Shown in pieces: positions 28,882 to 37,214 of a DNA stretch of 43,600 nucleotides. The position numbers were made by a program, and so were the translations under genes. Positions within the stretch are counted from its first letter, which is position 1; every line of letters begins with the position of its first letter. Below the pieces are notes generated by a model. It made no database searches and was not told where the DNA came from. It saw nothing but the letters and a program-made list of their open reading frames with translations. Source of the DNA: Thermoproteota archaeon. Its GTDB lineage: Archaea > Korarchaeota > Korarchaeia > Korarchaeales > Korarchaeaceae. The stretch lies in NCBI GenBank assembly GCA_027491415.1, contig JAOZFH010000006.1:1-43600 (forward strand). Reading direction: 5' to 3'.

Positions 28882-29793
28882 ATGACCTCAGGATCAGAGT
28901 CGCCCGAAGGACCGAAGAAGCTCGTCGTCGGCTTCTGCTGCAACGAGTGCGCCTACGCGGCCGCCGACCTCGCGGGGAGCACGCACCGCACCCACCCGCC
29001 CAACGTGCTCGTGGTGAGGGTCCCCTGCTCGGGCGCGGTCGACCCGAGCTGGCTCCTCTACGCGCTGGCCAACGGTGCGGACGCGGCCTTCGTGGCCGGG
29101 TGCAGGAAGGGGGAGTGCCACTACGTGGACGGGAATCTGAAGGCCGAGAGCAGGGTGAGCTTCCTGAAGTCGCTGCTGGATGCCGTCGGGGTGGAGCCGG
29201 AGAGGGTGGAGATGTTCTTCATGGCCGCCTCCGAGCCCCACAGGTTCGTCGAGGCCGCCAGGGAGATGGCCGCCAGGGTGGAGGCGCTACCCCCACTCCA
29301 CCGGAGGGAGAGCGTGCCTGTGGGCCCCAAGAGAGAGGCGCTAATCCGCGCCCTTCAGTCCATCGCCGTGGAGGTTAGGGACGTCCCGCTGCCGGCGATA
29401 CCAGGGTTCGAGGTGCCCGTGTTCGACTTGGACAGGTGCATCGGCTGCGGGGCCTGCATCGAGGCCTGCCCCGAGGGTGCCATTCACTCCGAGGATCGCG
29501 GCGACTTCAGGGTGTTCCTCCTGTCCGCCCTCAAGTGCACCGGCTGCGGGGACTGCGTGGACGCCTGCCGGGAGAACGAGGTCGAGGCGCTCTCGCTCGG
29601 CGGGGTGAGGGTCCCACAGCTCCTGAGCGAATGGAGTGAGGTGGCTAGGCTTGAGCTGACGAGGTGTTCGGTCTGTGGGAGGCCGTTCGCCACGGATCGC
29701 GAACTCGAGAGGGCCGACTCACCTCCGATCTGCCCTGAGTGCAAGGCCAAGGCCTCTGCCAAGGCGATATCCTTTGGGAGGGTGAGATTGTGA
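28882..29793 (+). CDS. mvhD: MvhD-type [2Fe-2S] protein fused to a 2x[4Fe-4S] ferredoxin and a CxxC..CxxC tail
   Basis: GFCCNECAYAAADLAG, RVPCSG, GC..GECHY..GN; then CIGCGACIEACP, CTGCGDCVDAC and CSVC..CPEC. Confidence 0.9.
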   Translation: MTSGSESPEGPKKLVVGFCCNECAYAAADLAGSTHRTHPPNVLVVRVPCSGAVDPSWLLYALANGADAAFVAGCRKGECHYVDGNLKAESRVSFLKSLLDAVGVEPERVEMFFMAASEPHRFVEAAREMAARVEALPPLHRRESVPVGPKREALIRALQSIAVEVRDVPLPAIPGFEVPVFDLDRCIGCGACIEACPEGAIHSEDRGDFRVFLLSALKCTGCGDCVDACRENEVEALSLGGVRVPQLLSEWSEVARLELTRCSVCGRPFATDRELERADSPPICPECKAKASAKAISFGRVRL

Positions 29794-30272
29794 GCCTAGC
29801 GAAGCGCGTGCTCGAGATCTCCGGCCAGGACGTGACGAAGTGCTTCCAGTGCGCGGAGTGCACGTCCTCGTGCCCCAGCGCCGGGCTTGACGGCTTCTAC
29901 CCCCACAGGCTGATCAGGGCTATCCTCTTGGACCTGAGGGATGAGGTGTTTCGCGGGGATTACAAGCTGTGCATGCACTGCCACCTCTGCTCAGTCCGGT
30001 GCCCCGTGGGGCTGAACTTTCCAGAGGTTGCCATCGCGCTGTCCAACGTAGAAACCAAGGAGAGAGGCCCGGATAATGTGGAGCGGGCTTTCATCTCTGA
30101 ACTGAGCAAGAGAGCTTTTGTTAACCCTGCGAGGGTGGCGCTGTCCGCTCTGGGAGTTCGAGCTCTTGCGCTGGCTGGCCTACGCGGCCTGAAGCTGGCC
30201 GGCATGCTCGCCGAGTCCGGGTCGGTGAGGGAGGAGTACAGGCGGGAGGTGGCGAGGGTTGTCAGGGGATGA
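29790..30272 (+). CDS. hdrC: Heterodisulfide reductase subunit C
   Basis: CFQCAECTSSCP and CMHCHLCSVRCP; GTGA overlap with mvhD. Confidence 0.9.
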   Translation: MSLAKRVLEISGQDVTKCFQCAECTSSCPSAGLDGFYPHRLIRAILLDLRDEVFRGDYKLCMHCHLCSVRCPVGLNFPEVAIALSNVETKERGPDNVERAFISELSKRAFVNPARVALSALGVRALALAGLRGLKLAGMLAESGSVREEYRREVARVVRG

Positions 30273-31017
30273 GGTGGCCTACTATCCGGGATGCTCCGCG
30301 CTGACCACGGAGAGGCCCTACCTGAGGACCGCCGAGGTAGTGCTCGAGAGACTGGGCGTGCCCCATCGCCTAATAGACGACGCGCCCTGCTGCGGGACCG
30401 TCGAGCTGGAGATGGTGGACAGGCGGGCCTCTCGGAGGGTAGCGGAGATCGTCGCGGAGGTGGCGGACGGGGCGACCCTCGTCACAGGGTGTTCCGGGTG
30501 CTATGGGACCCTCAGGAGAAGTGGAGTCGGAGTCACGCACCTGATCGAGTTCCTCGGCAGGAGGGTCGGGGCAGAGGAGATTGCAAGGAGGGTGGTCAGG
30601 AGCTGGCCCGTCAAGGTCGCCCCCTACTACGGCTGCCAGGCACTGAGGCCGAGAGAACAAGCCATCGATGACCCCGAGGATCCTCAAATCCTGGAGGAAC
30701 TCATGGCGGCCATCGGCGCCGAGCCCGTGGACTTCAGGATGAGGATCAAGTGCTGCGGCGGACCGATTCTCCTCCGCCGGCCCGAGTATGCCAAGCAAAT
30801 GGCCAGATCCGTTCTGGAGTCGGCCAGGGAGGCAGGGGCGGAGTGCGTTGTCACCATATGCAACCTCTGCCACTTCATGCTGGACTTCTACGGGGGAGGG
30901 GTCCTACCAGTGCTCCACGCGACCCAGCCGATCGCCTACGCTCTCGGGGAGCCCGTCGATGGTCTGGGGCTCGAGGAGCACTTCACTCCCGTACCCGGGG
31001 GGCTGTTCCACCCGTGA
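30259..31017 (+). CDS. hdrB: Heterodisulfide reductase subunit B
   Basis: Two CCG domains: YPGC..CCG..CSGC and YYGC..CCGG..CNLC. Confidence 0.92.
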   Translation: MSGDEVAYYPGCSALTTERPYLRTAEVVLERLGVPHRLIDDAPCCGTVELEMVDRRASRRVAEIVAEVADGATLVTGCSGCYGTLRRSGVGVTHLIEFLGRRVGAEEIARRVVRSWPVKVAPYYGCQALRPREQAIDDPEDPQILEELMAAIGAEPVDFRMRIKCCGGPILLRRPEYAKQMARSVLESAREAGAECVVTICNLCHFMLDFYGGGVLPVLHATQPIAYALGEPVDGLGLEEHFTPVPGGLFHP

Positions 31018-31077
31018 CCCAGGCCCTCCTCCACGCCCCCAATTTCTTTGAGTCGCGCGTCGAGGGAGGTGATCGCC

Positions 31078-31269
31078 GTGTGTGAGGGAGTCGCCCTGCT
31101 GATCTCCTCAAGTTCTGAGAAGACCGTCATGGAGGAGGTGGTCTCAGTCAGCATCAGTGGGGGTAGAATCACCCTCGTGAACGAGGATGGAGACGTGTTG
31201 GAACTCCTGGGCGTTAAGGAAGTCTTGGTCGACCTGATAAGGCACCGAGTGATGATAGTCACTGAGTAG
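31078..31269 (+). CDS. cooT: CooT nickel-binding protein
   Basis: Starts M-C-E after a GGAGGTGA SD; VMEEV and VDLIRHRV motifs; 63 aa. Confidence 0.85.
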   Translation: MCEGVALLISSSSEKTVMEEVVSVSISGGRITLVNEDGDVLELLGVKEVLVDLIRHRVMIVTE

Positions 31270-31505
31270 CCAGGCCAGACCCTCAAATCATGCTTTCAGG
31301 TTCAGGAAGAGCGCCTATGCCGGACCGATTAGATTGGACGGAGCGGAAGCATGGGGGGACTCCCGGCCGATCCCCCCGCAACCTGTGCGTGGAGTACGGT
31401 CATCAAGTCGCCCGATTTTGCTCTTAAAGACCAAGAATGACCGACAGAGGCTGTTGGGGGAACCACACTAAGAAAATTTTTGGATTTGGCTGAGTTCCCC
31501 TCCGC

Positions 31506-32345
31506 GTGTTTCATCGGGGTGTCCTATGGTCAGTCGGAGCCGCCGTCCTGTGGGGCATTGAGCCCGTCTTAGTCGACGAAGCGATGGATGAGTTTACGTC
31601 AGTTTCGATAAACGCCTGGAGGAACCTAGGGGCCCTCATGTTCTGCCTGCCGGCGGCGCTCCTCCTTGTCCCGAGCTTTCATCTTGAACTCGCCCCCTTG
31701 GCAATGATAGCCGCCTCCGGGGTCCTCAGCCAGGGGCTGGGGATGTACTTCTACTCCGAGGCGATCCACAGGGCGGGCCCCGGGAAGGCCATTCCGATAG
31801 TCCAGACCTTCATATTCTGGGCACAGCTCCTGGGATTCTTCCTCTTCGGCGAGGTACTTACCCTAGCCACCCTAGCGGGCGTCTTTCTGACTATTCTAGG
31901 GGTCTGGCTGGTCACGTGCGGGGGCGGGAGGGACGACCCGCTCGGCGTCGCCGCAGCCCTTCTTACCTCCGTGCTCTGGGCAGGCGGAGACGCCCTGACG
32001 AGGGCCGCCCTCTTCGACGTCTCGCCCATAGAGACGAGCGCCTGGAGGTCGCTCATGATGTTCGCGATGTTCTATGTCCTGGCCACTAAGACCAGCGGTC
32101 TCAGGGCGAGCAGGCGGTGTACGTGGCTCGCGCTAGTCAGCGGAGTGCTGGGGCTGGGGTTGGCCCTGTTCATGTACTTCCTTGCCATGTCCAGGGTGGG
32201 TCTATCCCTGGCCGCCCTGCCAATCTCCCTCAGCCCCATAATCTCCCAACTGACATCGTGGAAGGCTGGCAGGGAGAAGCTCGGTCCAAAGATGCTGCTG
32301 GGTGGGTCTCTCGTGGCCACGGGAATAGCCCTGGCCTCTCTGTGA
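31506..32345 (+). CDS. DMT/EamA family transporter
   Basis: Two roughly 140-aa hydrophobic repeats with LWG, LFGE.L and REKL motifs. Confidence 0.85.
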   Translation: MFHRGVLWSVGAAVLWGIEPVLVDEAMDEFTSVSINAWRNLGALMFCLPAALLLVPSFHLELAPLAMIAASGVLSQGLGMYFYSEAIHRAGPGKAIPIVQTFIFWAQLLGFFLFGEVLTLATLAGVFLTILGVWLVTCGGGRDDPLGVAAALLTSVLWAGGDALTRAALFDVSPIETSAWRSLMMFAMFYVLATKTSGLRASRRCTWLALVSGVLGLGLALFMYFLAMSRVGLSLAALPISLSPIISQLTSWKAGREKLGPKMLLGGSLVATGIALASL

Positions 32346-32438
32346 ACGTCGGCCTCTACGACAGTCCCAGCGGGCGTCCCGCTGGACAACTCCAGAACTT
32401 TTTAGGAACCGGTTAGCCACGCGGTTGGGGGGAGGCTA

Positions 32439-33431
32439 GTGAACCTTCTGGACCTCGTTCTGTCTAGGGAGAAGAGGATGGCCGCTCCTCTCGTTACCTA
32501 TCCCGCCCTAAAGCTACTCGGGGCTGATGTAGATCAGGCCCTCGGCGATCCCGAGATCCACTCTGAGGCGGCTAAGCTGACTCTGACCGAGTTCGGCTTG
32601 GACATGATGCTACCGCTGATGGACCTCACTGTCGAGGCTGAGGCGATGGGAGTCAAGGTAAGGATGTCGCCAACGGAAGCGCCGACGGTGGTTGAGCACC
32701 TCTCGATGGAGGAAGCCTTGGCCATGGCTATTGCCAACCTCCCCGACCCTGAGAGGGATGCCAGGTTTCCGGACTTCCTCAGGGCGGCCGAGCTGATGAG
32801 GTCGAAGTGCCCAAGGGAGATCCCGCTTGGGTTCTACCTGCTAGGTCCTTTCACCTTGGCGGGGCAGCTGGTCGGCGTCACAACCCTCCTCAAGGCAGTC
32901 AGGAGGGATCCCGAGTCAGTTTCGCAGCTCGTTGAGATGTGCACGGAGGTGCTGGCTAGGTACGCGGATGGCCTGGCTCAGCGAGGGGTTGACTCTCTAG
33001 TTATGGCGGAGCCCACGGCGGGGCTCGTCTCGAGAGAGGACTACGTCAGGTTCTCCGGGAATCCCACTGCTGAGCTCACGTCTCGAGTTCCGTCTCAGTG
33101 GATCCTCCATATCTGCGGCAGGTCGGGGCACCTCGTGGACCTAATGGCTCAGACGGGGGTGGTCGGGGTGAGCTTAGATCACAATGTGGATCTCTTAGAG
33201 GCCGCCGAGAAGGTGTCGGACGAGATACTGCTCGTCGGGAACTACTCGCCGGTGAAGGTCGCAATGGAATCCGCAGACGTGATCAGGCAAGAGGTAAGGG
33301 ATCTGTTAGAGAGGCTCTCGTCCATTCCAAACCTGATATTCAGCACAGGGTGCGACGTGCCAATGAGGGCCCCGCTAGAGAACGTGAAAATTCTAGCGGA
33401 GGTCGCGCACGAGTTTTCCCAGCCTTCCTGA
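32439..33431 (+). CDS. UroD/MtaA-CmuA family methylcobamide:thiol methyltransferase (MT2)
   Basis: DLTVEAEAMG, GPFTLAG, Zn ligands LHICG and STGCDVP; corrinoid gene context. Confidence 0.88.
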   Translation: MNLLDLVLSREKRMAAPLVTYPALKLLGADVDQALGDPEIHSEAAKLTLTEFGLDMMLPLMDLTVEAEAMGVKVRMSPTEAPTVVEHLSMEEALAMAIANLPDPERDARFPDFLRAAELMRSKCPREIPLGFYLLGPFTLAGQLVGVTTLLKAVRRDPESVSQLVEMCTEVLARYADGLAQRGVDSLVMAEPTAGLVSREDYVRFSGNPTAELTSRVPSQWILHICGRSGHLVDLMAQTGVVGVSLDHNVDLLEAAEKVSDEILLVGNYSPVKVAMESADVIRQEVRDLLERLSSIPNLIFSTGCDVPMRAPLENVKILAEVAHEFSQPS

Positions 33432-33434
33432 CTT

Positions 33435-33460
33435 TCAAAAGACGTCAAAAGATTTAAAAC
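33435..33460 (+). promoter_or_regulatory. BRE/TATA promoter with a tandem repeat and no downstream + strand CDS
   Basis: TCAAAAGA twice (33435, 33445) then TTTAAAA (33453-33459), about 29 nt before the hairpin start. Confidence 0.55.
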
Positions 33461-33481
33461 TCCCTTTCGACATGCGGATTC

Positions 33482-33546
33482 GGCCGGGGGACCCACCCTA
33501 GGCTAACCCCTCAGGCTAGCCTCCCCCCGGTGGGAATCCCCCGGCC
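33482..33546 (+). ncRNA. Candidate structured small RNA
   Basis: Nested stems GGCCGGGGGA/TCCCCCGGCC, CCCACC/GGTGGG and AGGCTA/TAGCCT between convergent genes, starting at the expected distance from a TATA box. Confidence 0.6.
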
Positions 33547-33614
33547 TGGCGTTAATTCCTATCCTAGGATTGTCAAATTTCATCGATTGATGACTCGGCC
33601 TCTCTGGTTGCCGG

Positions 33615-34562
33615 TCACCGGAGCCTCTTGTACGGCTTCCCCAGTGACGCGGGACCCTTCACACCCCTGCCCACGATCACCAGCGCTATCAGGGTCAGCA
33701 GATAGGGGAGCATCAGGGCGAACTGATAGGGGAACCACGCAAGTGTGAGCAGACCGCTCGCTTGGATCCGTAGCTGGAGCGAGTCAGCGAACGCGAACAG
33801 CAGAGTACCTAGAGTCATCTTCAGCGGGTCCCACCTGCCTAGGATTATCATGGCTATCACGATGAATCCCCGGCCAGCGGTCATGTTGTCGAGGAACATG
33901 TTGTACTGGGAGATCGACAGCAGTGCTCCGGCCACACCTCCTAGCGCGCCCTCCGCTAAGAGGGTGAGATATCTGAGCCTCACGACGTCGACTCCTAGGT
34001 AGTCAGCCACCTGTGGATCCTCTCCCGACGCGGTTATCTCGAGGCCTACCCTGGTCCTCGCTAGCACGAAGTAGAGCAGCGGGATGCTGAGCAGCGCGGC
34101 GTAGGTGAAGGCGGTCTGGTTGAAGAGCACCGGGCCTATCACGGGTATAGAGCTAAGGAGGGGAATCGGGGTCTCCCTGATGACAGTCGTCACGTGCGGT
34201 GGAACGGGGCTCGTGTACCAGCCGAATATCGCCCTGTACAGGTAGAACGTCGCTCCAGACGCCATCAGCGTCAGCGCCAAACCCGTCACAACTTGGTCGA
34301 GTGCGAGAGAGACCGTCATGAACCCAAAAATCGCGTTGGCAGCCATCCCCACCAGAATGGCCGCCAGGACTCCAATCCACGGGCTCCCCGTGTAGTACGT
34401 GACGATGAATCCGGAGAACGCGCCGAGGAGCATGATGCCCTCGAGCCCGAGGTTCAAGATGCCGCACCTCTCCACCAGGATTTCCCCAGCCCCCGCCAGG
34501 AGGAGCGGGGTCATCACCCGCACGGCAGCCCTCATAAGGTCGATCGCCATCTCAATCGGCAC
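33615..34562 (-). CDS. ABC transporter permease (nucleoside/purine CUT2 type)
   Basis: ERCGILNLGLEG, GE.P..AD..G, GRGFI and LPYLLT motifs. Confidence 0.9.
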   Translation of the reverse strand: MPIEMAIDLMRAAVRVMTPLLLAGAGEILVERCGILNLGLEGIMLLGAFSGFIVTYYTGSPWIGVLAAILVGMAANAIFGFMTVSLALDQVVTGLALTLMASGATFYLYRAIFGWYTSPVPPHVTTVIRETPIPLLSSIPVIGPVLFNQTAFTYAALLSIPLLYFVLARTRVGLEITASGEDPQVADYLGVDVVRLRYLTLLAEGALGGVAGALLSISQYNMFLDNMTAGRGFIVIAMIILGRWDPLKMTLGTLLFAFADSLQLRIQASGLLTLAWFPYQFALMLPYLLTLIALVIVGRGVKGPASLGKPYKRLR

Positions 34563-35601
34563 TCTCAACCACCTCCTTACGGAAGATCCTCTCACTGATC
34601 GGTTCGCTGGCGACGGCGAACACTATCACGAGCCCCTGTATCAGGTAGGCCATACCCACGGGGATGTGAGCCATGCGGTGCATCGTGTAGCTCCCGTTAA
34701 TTACCGCGCCCATGAAGATGGAGGCCAGAAGGACGCCAACGGCGTTCAGGTTCCCCAGGAGCGCCACTGCGATTCCCGTGAACCCGTATCCCGGAGAGAG
34801 CTCCATCCTCATCTTGTGTTGTATGGCGGAGACCTCGATTCCACCCGCTAGGCCAGCGAGGAGGCCGCTGATAAGCATGCTCAGGACCACTATACTCCCT
34901 ATGTCCGTCCCCGAGTACCGCGCGGCCTCCGGGTTGGCGCCCACGAGCTTGAGCCTGAATCCGAAGGTCGTCTTCTCCCTCAGGAAGTGGACTATGGGTG
35001 TTATCACTAGGATGGCCACCAGGATCCCAAGGTGGAGCCTCACACCCTGGACGAGGCGGGGCATCCAAAGTGACTGAGGTAGAGTTGGCGACTCCGGGAA
35101 CTGGGACACCGGGTCCCTTAGCGGACCCGTGAGGAAGTAGCTAACGAGGTAGAGGGCGATGTAGTTCATGATCACGGTGGTGAAGATCTCGTTGATCTCG
35201 TACTTGGCTCTGAGAACCGCGGGGATGAGCGCCCACGCGGCTCCGGCTAGGGCCGAGGAGAGGAGCATCACAGTGAGGCCGACGGAGCTGGGCAGCCCCC
35301 CTAGGGAGAGGCCGACCCACGCTGCAACGAGCCCGCCCATGTAGAGCTGACCCTCAGCTCCTATGTTCCAGACCCTGGCCGTGAACGCCACGGCCAATCC
35401 GAGACTCACCAGCAGGATCGGCGTGGCCCTGACCAGCGTCTCTACAGCCGTTACGGAGTTCCCGAACGCCCCCTTTACGAACATGTAGTAGTAGGCCCTC
35501 ACCGGGTTGGCGCCCGCCAGCCCGATGAACAGGCTCGCCGTCAGGAGCGCCAGGCCTATGGCAATCAGGGAACCCAGCACCCTGCTAAGCCTGAGGGCCA
35601 T
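34552..35601 (-). CDS. ABC transporter permease (nucleoside/purine CUT2 type)
   Basis: WNIGAEGQ, GANPEAARYSG and GYGFTGIAVALLG motifs. Confidence 0.9.
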   Translation of the reverse strand: MALRLSRVLGSLIAIGLALLTASLFIGLAGANPVRAYYYMFVKGAFGNSVTAVETLVRATPILLVSLGLAVAFTARVWNIGAEGQLYMGGLVAAWVGLSLGGLPSSVGLTVMLLSSALAGAAWALIPAVLRAKYEINEIFTTVIMNYIALYLVSYFLTGPLRDPVSQFPESPTLPQSLWMPRLVQGVRLHLGILVAILVITPIVHFLREKTTFGFRLKLVGANPEAARYSGTDIGSIVVLSMLISGLLAGLAGGIEVSAIQHKMRMELSPGYGFTGIAVALLGNLNAVGVLLASIFMGAVINGSYTMHRMAHIPVGMAYLIQGLVIVFAVASEPISERIFRKEVVESAD

Positions 35602-35623
35602 CAGGCTCTCTCCACCATCGACG

Positions 35624-37153
35624 CTATCGCCCAACAACCTCACCTCCCAGCATGTAGGTACCTATCTCCTGAGCGGTCATCTGGCCAGCAGGCCGTATCG
35701 CAACCATCCTCCCGTCGTACATCACCCCTATCACGTCGCTGAGCTCGAGGATCTCATCCAGATCGGTCGACACGAGGAGTATGGCCGCACCGCCATCCCT
35801 GAGTCTTATCAGCATTTCCCGGACGAAGTTCGTCGACTTCACGTCCAGCCCGGCGGTCGGGTTCTCGGCGACGACGAGGCGTGCGTTCATGGAGAGTTCC
35901 CGCCCGACGATGAGCCTCTGGATGTTTCCGCCGGAGAGATACCTGACGGGGATGTCGATTCCTGGACACTTCACCTTGAATGTCTCGACGATCTTGGAGC
36001 AGAACTTCCTCAGAACCTCCCCCTTGATAATCCCCCGTTCACTGAAGGGGTTAACCCAGAACCTCTTCAAGGCGGAGTTGTCTACTACCGGGAGATCGGC
36101 CGCCACACCCCTTTCTATCCTCTCCTCCGGGATGTACGCCATCCCCATCTCTATGAGCTCGGAGACACTTCTCCCGGTGATATCCTGCCCGATAAACAGT
36201 ATGCGGCCGGACTTGACCGGCCTGAGTCCTGTTATGGCCTCGACCAACTCCTTCTGACCGTTACCCTCTATCCCGGCTATCCCGAAGATCTCCCCCTCGT
36301 GCACCGTAAAGGAGACTCCCTTCACCGCCAGCCCGCCCCGGTCCCCCTCCACCCGAAGGTTCTCAACCCGCAGGATCTCCTCGGCCGTCTCCTTAGGCTT
36401 CGCCCTCTCTACGCGAGTGGGTGCCACACGCTCTCCGACGACCAGCGCGACGAGTTCTTTGTCGTCCACCTCCTCCGGCTTTACCCGCGCCACGACCCTG
36501 CCCTTTCTCATCACGGTGATCCTATCGCTGATGGAGAGGGCCTCCCACATCTTGTGTGTCACGAACACGACAGACTTGCCCTGCTCTACCATGCTCCTGA
36601 GGGTCTCAAACAGGGCCTCGACCTCAGGCACCGCGAGTATTGAGGTGGGCTCGTCGAAGATGAGGACGTCGGCGTTCCTGTAGAGCAGCCTTAGGATCTC
36701 GACCCTCTGCTTCTCTCCCGCTGAGAGCTGGTCTATCTTGGCTTCTGGATCTACTTTGAGCCCGACGCTCTCTGAGAGCTCTCTGATTCTTTCTTTCGCC
36801 TCCTCTAGGTTGAGGAGGTGCGGGAGGTCGCTCATCCCCAGAATGATGTTCTCTGCCACAGTCAAGTTGGGAATTAGGGTGAAGTGCTGGTGGACCATCC
36901 CTATCCCAAGGTTCATAGCATCTCTGGGGCTCCTGATGTCCACCTTCCTGCCCTTGACGTAGATCTCGCCCTCATCCGGCCTGAGGCATCCTGCGAGAAT
37001 TTTCATTAGAGTGGTCTTGCCAGCGCCGTTCTCCCCCAGCAGGGCGTGTATCTCCCCCCTCCTCAGGTCGAAATCGACCCCCCTGTTGGCCACGACCCCG
37101 CCAGGGTACACCTTCACGATTCCCTTCATCAGAACGACTTCTTCTGTGCCCAT
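35624..37153 (-). CDS. ABC transporter ATP-binding protein, tandem-domain CUT2 type
   Basis: GENGAGKTT, GMVHQHF, DEPT and LSGGNIQ motifs. Confidence 0.93.
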   Translation of the reverse strand: MGTEEVVLMKGIVKVYPGGVVANRGVDFDLRRGEIHALLGENGAGKTTLMKILAGCLRPDEGEIYVKGRKVDIRSPRDAMNLGIGMVHQHFTLIPNLTVAENIILGMSDLPHLLNLEEAKERIRELSESVGLKVDPEAKIDQLSAGEKQRVEILRLLYRNADVLIFDEPTSILAVPEVEALFETLRSMVEQGKSVVFVTHKMWEALSISDRITVMRKGRVVARVKPEEVDDKELVALVVGERVAPTRVERAKPKETAEEILRVENLRVEGDRGGLAVKGVSFTVHEGEIFGIAGIEGNGQKELVEAITGLRPVKSGRILFIGQDITGRSVSELIEMGMAYIPEERIERGVAADLPVVDNSALKRFWVNPFSERGIIKGEVLRKFCSKIVETFKVKCPGIDIPVRYLSGGNIQRLIVGRELSMNARLVVAENPTAGLDVKSTNFVREMLIRLRDGGAAILLVSTDLDEILELSDVIGVMYDGRMVAIRPAGQMTAQEIGTYMLGGEVVGR

Positions 37154-37214
37154 ACCCACTCACCGGAGCGGCTGAGCGGTTTTATCTGGAAAAAGGGGGT
37201 GGTGAGAGGGATTT

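Noticed and set aside
26899-29793. Selenocysteine in HdrA or MvhD
   Set aside because: Both ORFs are uninterrupted and use Cys codons at the conserved positions
5361-31269. Genome-wide TAG reassignment to pyrrolysine
   Set aside because: TAG ends several genes at their expected C-termini (aor, M42 peptidase, hdrA, cooT), both mtmB genes lack TAG, and no pyl genes are in the window
31353-31443. Inverted repeats GGGGGGA/TCCCCCC and CGGTCAT/ATGACCG after cooT as a riboswitch
   Set aside because: Only 7-bp arms, one of low complexity, and no recognisable aptamer motif
32439-33431. Annotation as uroporphyrinogen decarboxylase
   Set aside because: HxC plus distal Cys zinc ligands and the corrinoid gene context favour an MT2 methyltransferase
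5908-36643. Long antisense or alternate-frame ORFs (e.g. 5925..7370, 11295..12830, 15598..16773, 24291..25340, 35507..36643)
   Set aside because: They shadow well-supported genes and are the usual artefact of high GC3
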